Assembly: GCA_035995425.1 (NCBI GenBank)
Contig: DASYKM010000173.1
Span: 101,875 to 165,874, forward strand
Reading direction: 5' to 3'
Length of the DNA stretch: 64,000 nt
Source: Steroidobacteraceae bacterium
GTDB lineage: Bacteria > Pseudomonadota > Gammaproteobacteria > Steroidobacterales > Steroidobacteraceae
Below the pieces are notes generated by a model. It did not search any database and was not told where the DNA came from. It worked only from the letters and a program-made list of their open reading frames with translations. The position numbers and the translations under genes were made by a program. How positions within the stretch are numbered: the first letter of the stretch is position 1; every line of letters starts with the position of its first letter. Positions 9,262 through 18,900 of the stretch are shown here, piece by piece.

Positions 9262-10610
9262 GGCCGCGCGTGGACCTCGCGGTCGTCGGCGCGGGCCTCT
9301 CGGGAGCGCGCGCTGTCATCGAGCTGGTGCACGTACTTGACGCGCATCGTCACCCGCTGTCGCGTCCGCTGCGCGTCGCGCTCATCGATCCGGCCCCTGA
9401 TCACGGTCGCGGCGTGCCGTACGGCAACCGTTCGGATCGGCGGGCGTTGCTCATCGAGACGCTCGCGCAGACGCGCTGCCCGGAATTCTCGCGCTGGATT
9501 GGCGAGCATCGGGTCCTGCTCGCGGAAATGCAGCACTCGCAGGACACGGACGACCGCGCCTGGCATCGCCGCAATGCGGCGGCCGTCGCCGCCGGCGATT
9601 TGGCGGATCTCTATCTACCACGCCACGTGTTCGGGGCTTTCTCGGAAAGCTCGCTCGAGGATGCCCTGGCACTCGGCCGCCGCAACGGCCTGCTGACGGT
9701 GACCTCACATTGCGCCGAGGTGGTGGAGATCGAGCCGTCCGCCGGCGGATCCTACGGGCTGCGTTGCAGCGACGGGACCTCGATGGAGTGTGGCGCCGTG
9801 CTGATCGCCGTCGGATCCATCCCGCGTGGCGATGGGTTTCTTCCCACGCTCGGGCAACCCTTGGCGCACCGCTACATCACCGACCAGGCGTACTGCGGCA
9901 GCTTTCAGCTGCGCGATGCTTTCGACCTCTATCAAAGCCGCGAGTCCGCGGGGCCGGTGCGGCTCGCGATCATCGGCGCGGCGGCGTCCGCCATCGAAAG
10001 CCTGTACTGCGTCGTCAACCATCCACCGTTGTCGCAACGCATCGAGAGCATCACGACGATTTCGCGCAGCGGCATGTTGCCGGGAGGGATCACCGGCAAT
10101 CGGAGCGTGATCGCGTCCGACTATGCGATCAGGCGCACCTCCGCGGACGTCTATGTGCAGACGGCGCGCGAACTACTCGCACGCGGACATCTCGACATCG
10201 TACCTGCGCGCGTCGGGTCGATCGAAGCGGTGCCGGGCGCGTTGCGGCTGGAGCTGATCGACACGCTCGATGGCCAGCGCACCCAGACCGAGTTCGACCT
10301 CATCATCAATTGTTCGGGCGCCGGCGACGTGCAGACGAGCCGGTCACGTCTGCTGAATTTCCTGGGTCAACGGCTCGAAGTTCGCCGGCAGGGACGCGGG
10401 TTTCGAACCAACGGCGATCACTCGCTCGCTCAATGGCCGCGCGTATTTCTGGCCGGCCCACTGCTCAACGGTGGCGATGCCGGCAGCGACGTCGAGAGCA
10501 TCAGCGCGGTTTTCAAGGTCGGACGAGAGCTGGGTCAGGCCCTGGCCGCGTCGCTGACCGGCTCCGGCGCCGGAATGGCCACGGCGCCGCGCTCCGCGCA
10601 GGGCACCTGA
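9258..10610 (+). CDS. FAD/NAD(P)-binding oxidoreductase of unknown specificity
   Basis: GTG start overlaps the YdjC TGA (GTGA). Dinucleotide fold 'DLAVVGAGLSGARA' and a second 'RLAIIGAAASAIE'. Confidence 0.65.
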   Translation: MRPRVDLAVVGAGLSGARAVIELVHVLDAHRHPLSRPLRVALIDPAPDHGRGVPYGNRSDRRALLIETLAQTRCPEFSRWIGEHRVLLAEMQHSQDTDDRAWHRRNAAAVAAGDLADLYLPRHVFGAFSESSLEDALALGRRNGLLTVTSHCAEVVEIEPSAGGSYGLRCSDGTSMECGAVLIAVGSIPRGDGFLPTLGQPLAHRYITDQAYCGSFQLRDAFDLYQSRESAGPVRLAIIGAAASAIESLYCVVNHPPLSQRIESITTISRSGMLPGGITGNRSVIASDYAIRRTSADVYVQTARELLARGHLDIVPARVGSIEAVPGALRLELIDTLDGQRTQTEFDLIINCSGAGDVQTSRSRLLNFLGQRLEVRRQGRGFRTNGDHSLAQWPRVFLAGPLLNGGDAGSDVESISAVFKVGRELGQALAASLTGSGAGMATAPRSAQGT

Positions 10611-12079
10611 GGCAGCGTGATGGACGCCGGTTCCACGGCATTCGCGGCGATGACCTCGCGATACCAAAGCGCGCTGTCCTTGAAGCGACGCTCCTGCGTG
10701 TCGTAGTCCACCCAGACGATGCCGAAACGCTGCGTGTAGCCGCGCTCCCATTCGAAATTGTCGAGCAGCGACCACACGAAATAACCGGCGAGCGGAACGC
10801 CGGCGTCGATCGCGCGATGCGCTGCCAGAAAGTGGTCGCGAAGATATTCGGTGCGCCGTGTATCGCGGATGCGTCCTTCGGAATCGGGGCTGTCCGGGAA
10901 GCTGGCGCCGTTTTCAGTTATGAAAATGCTTGCCGGGGAATACTCGCGGTGCAATCGCAGCAGCGTCTCGTACAGGCCGGCGGGGTAGACCTCCCAGCCC
11001 ATGTCGGTCCACTGCGATTCGGGCGCGGCGTGCCGGGTGCGCGGAGCATTGTCATGCTCGGGCACGCGTGTGCTGCGAACGATCGCGCGGTAGTAGTAGT
11101 TCACGCCGAGGAAGTCGAGTGGCTTCGCGATGTCGGCGAGATCGCCGCGCGCGACGATCGTCTCCCAGTCGTCGGGCAATCGACCGTCGGCTGCGTAGTC
11201 GCGCAGCATGTCGGCTGGATACCCCCGACCAAACAGCGGATCGAGAAACCAGCGATTGAAATTGCCATCGAAATGTCTCGCCGCATCCGCATCAGCCGCG
11301 CTCGCCGAGGCGGGATGAGCGGGGCAGAGATTCAACGCGATGCCGACCTGCACTTGTTTGGAGCAATCACGTATGGCTTCGACCGCCCGGCCATGAGAGA
11401 GCAACAGGTGATGGCTCGCCGCGAGCGCCGCGGGCCAACTAGTGAGGCCCGGTGCGTGCTTGCCGATCTGGTAGCCGAGCATGCTGGTACACCAAGGTTC
11501 GTTGTGGGTGATCCAGCGGTGCACGCGGTCGCCGAGCCGGCGCGCCACGACATGCGCGTACTGGCCGAAGGCCTCCGCGGTTTCGCGTCGGGCCCAGCCG
11601 CCAGTTTCCTGCAGCGGTTGCGGGAGGTCCCAGTGGAAAAGCGTCGCAAATGGCTGAATTCCAGCGGTTTGCAGCATGTCTACTAGACGATCGTAGAAGT
11701 CGAGGCCAGCTTCGTTGATCGCGCCGCGTCCGTGCGGAACGATGCGCGGCCAGGCGATCGAGAACCGATAGGTGGACACCCCGAGCTCGCGCATGAGCGC
11801 CACGTCTTCGGCGAAGCGCCGGTAGTGATCGCAAGCCACGTCGCCGTTAGCGCCGTGCGCGATCTTGCCTGGCGTGCGGCAGAAGCGATCCCAGATCGAT
11901 TCACCGCGGCCATCGAGCTGCGCGGCGCCTTCGATCTGATAGGCGGAAGTGGCTACACCCCACAGGAAATCTGTAGGAAAAGTTACCTTGCTCAACTGGA
12001 TGGAGTTCTTTTGCAGACGCGATTTACCACCGGCTCCACGCGTTTGTCCCGCGCTGTCCGCATCGGGGACGCGGGACAA
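10535..12079 (-). CDS. GH1 beta-glucosidase
   Basis: 'FPTDFLWGVATSAYQIEGA', acid/base 'ITHNEPW', nucleophile 'ITENGA'. The N-terminal stretch of about 30 aa is probably over-extended. The 3' end overlaps the convergent FAD gene by 76 nt. Confidence 0.85.
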   Translation of the reverse strand: MSRVPDADSAGQTRGAGGKSRLQKNSIQLSKVTFPTDFLWGVATSAYQIEGAAQLDGRGESIWDRFCRTPGKIAHGANGDVACDHYRRFAEDVALMRELGVSTYRFSIAWPRIVPHGRGAINEAGLDFYDRLVDMLQTAGIQPFATLFHWDLPQPLQETGGWARRETAEAFGQYAHVVARRLGDRVHRWITHNEPWCTSMLGYQIGKHAPGLTSWPAALAASHHLLLSHGRAVEAIRDCSKQVQVGIALNLCPAHPASASAADADAARHFDGNFNRWFLDPLFGRGYPADMLRDYAADGRLPDDWETIVARGDLADIAKPLDFLGVNYYYRAIVRSTRVPEHDNAPRTRHAAPESQWTDMGWEVYPAGLYETLLRLHREYSPASIFITENGASFPDSPDSEGRIRDTRRTEYLRDHFLAAHRAIDAGVPLAGYFVWSLLDNFEWERGYTQRFGIVWVDYDTQERRFKDSALWYREVIAANAVEPASITLPQVPCAERGAVAIPAPEPVSDAARA

Positions 12080-12281
12080 TACTAAAAGTGATTTGCATTA
12101 ATCAAGCGGCACGGGCAGAATTTTCATTACTTCGCCGTCACGCACGCCTGGTGACGCACCGAAAACAAGGATAGTTAGGGGTCCCTGCATTGCCGTCGTT
12201 GCCGCGCCAGGATGGCGCGCGACCGGAACGCTGCACGCGCCCCCGCGCCGAGATTACAAGGAAGGACCGGGGGAATTCACG

Positions 12282-12770
12282 ATGAAGGCGAATCTGCACC
12301 GCATGGGCAAGGTCGATCATGTTGCGATCGCCGTGCGCGATCTGGACGCGGCGGTCGAGATGTATCAGTCGATTTTCGGCTTTGCACTGCTGAAAAGGCG
12401 CGAAGTGCAGGGCAAATTCTCCGGGATGCGCTCCGCCGAGATGGACGGCGGCAAGTTCACCATCGTGCTCATCGAAGGCACAGACCCCGCCTCGCAAGTC
12501 TGCCGCTATGTGGACCGTTACGGCCCCGGCGTGCAGCACATCGCCATCGTCGTCGACAACCTCGAAGCGACCGCGCGGCAGCTAGCCGACTCAGGGGCGC
12601 AGTTCGCCACCGAGATAATCCGCGGCGACGGGCTGCTGCAGCTGTTCACGAAGCGCGAAGACAACAGCGGAATGATGTTCGAATTCATCGAGCGCACCGA
12701 AGTCACTGGCTTCCAGGCGCAGAACATCCAGAAGCTCTTCGATCAACTGGAGAGTACCGCGGCTTACTGA
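12282..12770 (+). CDS. stand-alone HPPD / hydroxymandelate-synthase-like catalytic (C-terminal) barrel, VOC superfamily
   Basis: 162 aa. 'VDHVAIAV', 'SGMRSAEM', 'ASQVCRYVDRYGPGVQHIAI', 'LLQLFT', 'FEFIERTEVTGF..NIQKLFDQLE' track the Fe-binding C-terminal half of 4-hydroxyphenylpyruvate dioxygenases. 'ggggg' lies upstream of the ATG. Confidence 0.7.
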   Translation: MKANLHRMGKVDHVAIAVRDLDAAVEMYQSIFGFALLKRREVQGKFSGMRSAEMDGGKFTIVLIEGTDPASQVCRYVDRYGPGVQHIAIVVDNLEATARQLADSGAQFATEIIRGDGLLQLFTKREDNSGMMFEFIERTEVTGFQAQNIQKLFDQLESTAAY

Positions 12771-12805
12771 ACACATCTCGCGCGCGGCAAGGACAGGAGA
12801 AGGGG

Positions 12806-15793
12806 ATGACAGGTTCAGGGACGAGCGCGTCGGTGCGTTCGCGCGGAATGGCTTTCGATCCATCGCTTTGCATTCATGGGCTGGTTGAGCGGCAGGCGCA
12901 GCTCAGCCCGCGAAGCGTGGCGGTGAGCGACATGCGTGGCTCGTGCAGCTACGAGGAACTGGAGCGCGCGTCCGCGATTCTGGCGCGCCGGCTGCTTCGA
13001 TGCGGCGTGAAGCCGGACACCCTGGTCGGGCTCAGCGTACCGCGCGGCATCGACCTCATCGTCGGCGCGCTCGGCATCCTCAAGGCCGGCGGCGCCTACG
13101 TTGCACTCGACCCGTCCTATCCACCGCGACGGCTCGGCGAGATGGTCGAGGATGCAGCGCTGCGCGTGGTGGTGTGTACCCGCGCCACGCAAGCCGTCGC
13201 CGGTTCGGCGCATGCACTGCTGCTCGACGAAGATGACATCGCGGCCTCGGCACCGGAGGGCGTGCTCAACGCGCCGCGCAATCCGCAGGCAAGAAACCTC
13301 GCCTACGCGGTGTATACCTCCGGTTCCACCGGCCGGCCCAAGGCGTCGCTGCTCGAGCACCGCGGCCTGGTGAATCTCGCGCACGAGCAGTCGTTGCTGT
13401 TCGACGTTTCCACCCGCAGTCGCGTGTTGCAGTTCGCGTCCTTCTCATTCGATGCCGCGACATTCGAGTGGATCATGGCTCTCGCGAACGGTGCGCAGCT
13501 TTGTTTGCCCGACGAGCAGACGGTGAAGTCGCCGGCCGCGTTGTCGCGTTTCATCGCCGAACGTCAGATCACTCACGCCACCTTGCCTCCGGTGATGTTG
13601 GCCACGCTCGACCCGCAAGCGTGGCGTTCAGTCACGACGCTCATCGTCGCCGGCGAAGCCTGCAGTCGCGAACTCGCGGAGCGCTGGTGCGCAGGGCGCA
13701 GGTTCTTCAACGCGTATGGACCATCGGAGGTGACTGTGTGGTCGACCACCGGTGAATTCCGGCCCGGACAGCAGACAATCCACATTGGCCGGCCCATCGG
13801 CAATACGCATTGCCTGGTACTCGATGAAGCGCGCGCGCCGGTCGCGTCCGGCGAGGCGGGAGAGCTATATATCGCCGGCGTGGGAATTTCGCGCGGCTAT
13901 CTCCGGCGGCCGCAGCTCACCGCCGAGAGGTTCGTGCGAAATCCCTTTTCGCCCGCGCTCTCACCGCTCATGTTTCGCAGCGGTGATCGCGTGCGCGAGC
14001 TGCCCGACGGCAACTTCGAATTTCTCGGGCGTGTAGACCGCCAGGTCAAGGTGCGCGGCTTTCGCGTCGAGCCGGAAGAAATCGAAAGGTCCCTCGCCGA
14101 GCATCCGGCAGTCACGGCCGTCGCCGTCGAGCCGCAGCCGTGGCAAGGCACGAGCCGGCTGGTGGCTTACGTGGCGGTCGATGCCGGTTCGCTGTCCGGC
14201 GCCGACGCCGCGGCGGCCACCATGGCCCAGTGGGAAATTGCGTTCGATCGCACCTATCGCTCACGCAAACCAGCCTTCGCCGATTTCACCGGTTGGAACA
14301 GCAGCTATACGCGGGCCGCGATTCCGGAGCCGGCGATGCTCGGCTGGCGCGACGCCACCGTCGCGCGCATTCGGGCGTTCGCGCCGCGGCGATTGCTCGA
14401 GGTCGGTTGCGGTGCCGGGTTGCTGCTCGCGCCGCTGGTTGCGCACTGCGAGCACTACACGGCCACCGACATCTCCAGGGAGATAGTCGCCCGGCTCGCG
14501 CGCGACCTGCATCTGCTCGGCGAGAACGCGCGCAAGGTCGTGTGCCTCGCCGGCGCGGCGCACGAGCTCGAAGCGCTGGAAGGACAGCGCTTCGACACCA
14601 TCGTCATCAATTCCGTCATTCACTACTTCCCGAACGATCGCTTTCTGTGCGACACGCTCGCGCGTCTCATCGGCATGCTGAGCGAGGGAGGGCGCTTGTT
14701 CGTCGGCGACGTCCGCAACCTCAACTGGAATGAACAATTCCACGCTTCGGTGCTGCGCTTCCAGGGGCCATCGGATGCCGGGTTCTTCGAGCAGCGCCTG
14801 CGCGAGCGCTTGCGCACCGACCGCGAGCTGGTCGTTGCGCCCGAATTTTTCCTGAGCGCCGTGCGCGCCCTGCCGGGCGTGGAGTTCGTGGAAGTGCTGC
14901 CCAAGCTCGCGCGCGAAACCAATGAAATGAACGTCTTTCGTTACGACGCGATCATTCATCGCGCGGCGCCGGGCGCGCGGGCGGCCGTCAAGCCCGCGAC
15001 TCTGGAATGGGCATCGTCGCGGCGGGATTGGTCGGTGCAGCTGCACGAGCGATTCGCCGCGCAGGGCGCGCTCGTCATCCGGAATATTCCCAACGCGAGG
15101 CTCAGGAACGATGAGGATGCCGTCGATCCAGTCGAGTGGCTGGATCTCGCGCAGCGCCACGGCTGTGAAGTGGAGTTCGCCCTGGGCACGGGCTCGAACC
15201 ATGATCGCTTTCACGTGTTGCTGCGCCGTGGCGATCGCAACCCGGGCCTCACCGCGGCGATGTACGACGAGCCCATCGACACCACGCGCGAGCTCTGCAA
15301 CGACCCGCAGCGCAACCGCGTCGAACGCAGCCTCGAACCCGCGCTTCGCGAGCATCTGCGCGATCGGCTGCCGGCGTACATGGAACCGGCGGTCTTCGTG
15401 CTGTTGCCGGCGCTGCCGATGACGCTGAACGGAAAAATAGACCGACGGGCTCTTCCGATCCCCGATGCGAAGCCAACGGTCGAAGACGATTTGTCGCTCA
15501 CCGCCACCCAGCGGTTGCTGCGCGCCATCTGGCAACGACTGCTCGGCGCGCGGGAGTTCGGCATCAACGACAGCTTCCTCAGCGTCGGCGGCGATTCGTT
15601 GAGCGTCGTCAGCCTGGCGGCGGAGATCCACCAGCATTTCGACACCGACCTCGACTGGGCCGAGCTGCAGGGATCCACGCTGGCAACGCTCGCCGAACGC
15701 ATCGAGCTGCGGATCGCGGAGCGCACATCGCTCGCGGCGCAGCTGCAGATCGATCCACGGACCCAGGCTTCGCGCGAGGTATTGCGACTATGA
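12806..15793 (+). CDS. NRPS initiation module: A domain interrupted by a methyltransferase, then T (A(MT)-T)
   Basis: ATG at 12806 with 'ggagaagggg' upstream. A3 'LAYAVYTSGSTGRPKA', A5 'NAYGPSE', A7 'GELYIAGVGISRGYL', A8 'GRVDRQVKVRGFRVEPEEIE'. Then SAM motif 'LLEVGCGAGLL', A9 'LPAYMEP', A10 'NGKIDRRAL' and PCP 'GGDSL' (Ser codon 15596-15598). No C domain. Confidence 0.9.
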   Translation: MTGSGTSASVRSRGMAFDPSLCIHGLVERQAQLSPRSVAVSDMRGSCSYEELERASAILARRLLRCGVKPDTLVGLSVPRGIDLIVGALGILKAGGAYVALDPSYPPRRLGEMVEDAALRVVVCTRATQAVAGSAHALLLDEDDIAASAPEGVLNAPRNPQARNLAYAVYTSGSTGRPKASLLEHRGLVNLAHEQSLLFDVSTRSRVLQFASFSFDAATFEWIMALANGAQLCLPDEQTVKSPAALSRFIAERQITHATLPPVMLATLDPQAWRSVTTLIVAGEACSRELAERWCAGRRFFNAYGPSEVTVWSTTGEFRPGQQTIHIGRPIGNTHCLVLDEARAPVASGEAGELYIAGVGISRGYLRRPQLTAERFVRNPFSPALSPLMFRSGDRVRELPDGNFEFLGRVDRQVKVRGFRVEPEEIERSLAEHPAVTAVAVEPQPWQGTSRLVAYVAVDAGSLSGADAAAATMAQWEIAFDRTYRSRKPAFADFTGWNSSYTRAAIPEPAMLGWRDATVARIRAFAPRRLLEVGCGAGLLLAPLVAHCEHYTATDISREIVARLARDLHLLGENARKVVCLAGAAHELEALEGQRFDTIVINSVIHYFPNDRFLCDTLARLIGMLSEGGRLFVGDVRNLNWNEQFHASVLRFQGPSDAGFFEQRLRERLRTDRELVVAPEFFLSAVRALPGVEFVEVLPKLARETNEMNVFRYDAIIHRAAPGARAAVKPATLEWASSRRDWSVQLHERFAAQGALVIRNIPNARLRNDEDAVDPVEWLDLAQRHGCEVEFALGTGSNHDRFHVLLRRGDRNPGLTAAMYDEPIDTTRELCNDPQRNRVERSLEPALREHLRDRLPAYMEPAVFVLLPALPMTLNGKIDRRALPIPDAKPTVEDDLSLTATQRLLRAIWQRLLGAREFGINDSFLSVGGDSLSVVSLAAEIHQHFDTDLDWAELQGSTLATLAERIELRIAERTSLAAQLQIDPRTQASREVLRL
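14198..15340 (+). other. methyltransferase domain inserted between A8 and A9 of the loading A domain (approximate bounds)
   Basis: SAM-binding motif I 'LEVGCGAGL' at 14390-14416. 'TIVINSVIHYF' and 'GGRLFVGDV' follow. An insertion of about 380 aa lies between 'LVAYVAV' and 'LPAYMEP'. Confidence 0.75.
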
Positions 15794-15957
15794 ATGCGAC
15801 GTCGGTCCTGACGGTGCTCTTCAACAAGGGCGTACACGTCTCGACGCAGGACGACGAGCTCGTCATCGATGCGCCGAAAGGCGCGCTGCAGGCCGAGGAC
15901 GTCATGTTGATACGCGAGCATCGCGACGACATCGTCGACCTGCTGCGCCAGATCAAG
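15790..15957 (+). other. TubC_N-like NRPS docking domain
   Basis: 'VLTVLFNKGVHVSTQDDELVIDAPKGALQAEDVMLIREHRDDIVDLL' fits the pattern L..L...Gv.l..eGd.L.v.aP.gaL...l...l..hk..l..lL. Confidence 0.6.
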
Positions 15958-18900
15958 ATGCAGCGCGAGGCCGCCACCCCCGTGATCAGCGTGCAGCACG
16001 ACGGCCACGCGGCGTTGTCGGACATCCAGCAGAACGTGCTGCTCATGGAGGGCATGGCGCCGTCGATACCCTACGGGAACATCCCGCTGGCCTTCATGAT
16101 CGAGGGCGCGCTCGATCGAGCGGCGCTCGGCAAATCGCTGGACGCAGTCATTTCGATGCACGAAATCCTGCGCACCACGTATGTGGTCCGAGGCGATCGC
16201 ACCGTGCAGCAGATCGCGCCGGCGTCGTCGTTGCCGCTCGCTTTCACGGACTTTGCGCTCGAGCCCGACACAGAGGCCAGGATCGAAGCCGCGTTGCGCC
16301 AGCACGAGGCGCGACACTTCGACCTCGCCAGGGAATTGCCGGTGCGTGCCATGCTGTTGCGGCTCGCGCCTGGGCGTTACGTGCTCAGCCTGGTGTTTCA
16401 CCAGGTGGCGATGGATGGCCACAGCTGCCAGTTGTTCGTGCGCTACCTGTCCGAGACCTACGCGCGGATAGCGGCCGGTTCTGGCGAATCGCCGGCGGCG
16501 TTCGCCGGGCATCAATACGTGGACTTCGCCGATTGGCAGCGGCGCAGCGAGAAATCGCCTAACTATCGCCAGGCAGTGGCGTTCTGGAAAGACTCACTGG
16601 CCGGCGCTCCGGCGCTGCACGGCATACCCGGCGATTTCCTGCGGCCCGCGATCCAGACGTTCGCCGGCAGGACGCTCGCGACGGAGCTGGCGGCGCAGGA
16701 CCTTGCCCGCATCGAGCAGTTCGCGCGCGATCATGAAACCAGCGTATTCACCGTGCTGCAGGCGGCGTTCGCGCTGCTGGTGGCGCGCTACAGCGACTGT
16801 CACGATGTCGTGATCGGTACGGCCGTGGCGAATCGCACGCGCCGCGAATTCTTCGGCACGCTCGGCAACCTCGTGAACACGCTCGCGTTCCGCTTCGATC
16901 TCGAAGCGCCGCGGACTTTTGCCGGCCTGGTCGAGCACGCGAAACAGGTCATCGACCGCGCGATGCAGAACCAGCAGGTGCCGTTCAACGTGATCGTGGA
17001 CCAGGTGCGCCCCGCGCGCAGCTTCTCGCACAACCCGCTGGTGCAGCTCATGCTGGTCATCCAGGAAGAAGAGCAGACGCAGCTCTGCCTCGCCGGTACC
17101 ACCGTGACGCCGATGTTTCGCGATCCCGGCGTCGCCAAATTCGACCTGACACTGCACGTGTACAAACAAAGTGGCGGCGCGGCGCTGCGCTGGGAATTCA
17201 ACACCGCGCTGTTCCGCGACAACACGGTGACGAGGTTCGCGCGCCATTTCCAGGAACTGCTGCTGCGATGTATCGCCAGTCCGGAATACGACCTTGCGCA
17301 GTTGCCGCTGCGGGTGGACCGGGCGACGGGCCACGGTGCGCCCGAGGCCAGCGATTTCCCCGCGCCGGTGTGCATACACGATCTCATCGCGCGGCAGGTG
17401 CGCGAGACGCCGCTGAATATCGCGATCGCTGATGCGCACGGGCATCTCACCTACGCGGAGCTGGAAGCACAGGCCGAGAGAGTGGCATCGCACCTTCGCG
17501 CCCATCGTCCACGTGACCAGGAGTTCCGTGTCGCGATTTTCTGCGAACGTTCCGCACGGCTCGTCGTGGCTCTCTACGCGACGCTCAAGGCGGGCGGCGT
17601 CTACGTGCCGCTCGATCCGGCGTATCCGGAGGCGCGCATCGGATTCATGCTCGAGGATTCCGGCGCATCGCTGGTTCTCGGCGACGGCAGCGCACCGCAG
17701 ACCACATTGCCGGTGCTCGATCTGGCGGCGCTGTTGGCGGCCGAGGTGTCGACGCCGGCCGTTCAAACCACCGCCGCCGATTCCGCGTACGTCATCTACA
17801 CCTCGGGCTCTACCGGCAAACCCAAGGGCGTACTCGTATCGCATCGCAGTCTTTTCCACTCGCTGTCAGCCAACAAGGCGCTGATGCGGTTTGACGCATC
17901 GGATGAGATTCCCTGTCTCGGCTCTCAGGCTTTTGGCATTTCGCTGCTGGAGATCCTGCTGCCGCTCGTGAGCGGCGCCTGCGTGCGCATGCTCGCCCGC
18001 GATGCGATCCGCGATCTCGATCTGCTGATCTCGTCCACGCAGGACGCGACCATCCTGCACGCGGTGCCGAGCCTCATGTCGCGATGGCTGGAGCGGGTCG
18101 TGGAGCAGGGTGGCGGCGGCTATGAAAAGCTGCGCCTGCTGCTGGTCGGTGGCGAATCGGTCGCCGACGATCTGTTGCGCGCGATTCGCGCCTGGCGCCC
18201 GGACGTGGAGCTGATCGAGCTCTATGGCATGACCGAATCGGCCGTGGTCTGCGCCAGCTATCGCCCGGGCGCGAATTACTCCGCGCACTATTGCATCGGC
18301 AAGCCGCATCCCACGGCGAGCTTCTACGTCCTCAATCGTCATCTGCAGCAGCAGCCACCCGGCGTGCCCGGCGAGCTGCACATCGGCGGATTGAGTCTCG
18401 CGTCGGGATATCTCAATCAGCCGGAGCTCACCGCGCAGAAATTCATCCCCCATCCGTTCGCGACCGGCGAGCGCCTCTACAAGACGGGCGATCGCGTACG
18501 GCTGCTGCACGACGGACAGTTCGAGTTCCTCGGGCGCGTCGACCACCAGGTGAGTCTGCGCGGCGTGCGCATCGAGCCCGGCGAGATCGAAGCGCTGCTG
18601 GCGGCGCACGGCGACGTCAAGAAGGCCGTGGCGCACGTGGTCAAACTACCCAACGGCGAAGCGACGCTGGTCGCCTACTACACCACCGGCGAGCCGCCGG
18701 CCGACATCGCCACCCTCAACGAATCGTTGCGCGGGCACCTGTCGCGCTATCTGCCCGACTACATGCGGCCCACGTTGTACCAGCACCTGTCGGCGCTGCC
18801 GCTCAATCCCAACGGCAAGGTGGATCGCAACGCGTTGCCGATGCCGGTGGCCCATGTACGCGACGCGCCCCCCGAAACGCCGGCGGAGCGGCAGCTCGGC

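Noticed and set aside
10535-10610. A 76-nt convergent overlap between the FAD oxidoreductase and GH1 3' ends.
   Set aside because: It is most likely a harmless tail overlap, or a slightly mis-called stop context in high-GC DNA. The C-terminal tails of both proteins are low-complexity. No functional inference is justified.
9710-11686. A 658-aa plus-strand ORF overlapping the FAD gene (different frame) and antisense to GH1.
   Set aside because: The translation is low-complexity. GH1 on the minus strand and the FAD protein in the other plus frame both carry diagnostic motifs.
12136-12156. An inverted repeat CGTCAC-N9-GTGACG, plus an AT-rich 'ttgcattaatcaa' (near 12093-12105), in the divergent GH1/BGC intergenic region. 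Both were considered as operators.
   Set aside because: There is only a 6-bp core and the extension is imperfect. No regulator gene lies adjacent to link it to. It is plausible as a promoter region but not supportable as a specific site.
12212-12805. The track ORF 12212-15793 begins 594 nt upstream of the NRPS and runs through the VOC/HPPD-like gene in another frame.
   Set aside because: The translated extension is Arg/Ala/Gly-rich nonsense. A good RBS plus ATG at 12806 immediately precedes the first A-domain motifs. The 12282-12770 frame has clear family motifs.
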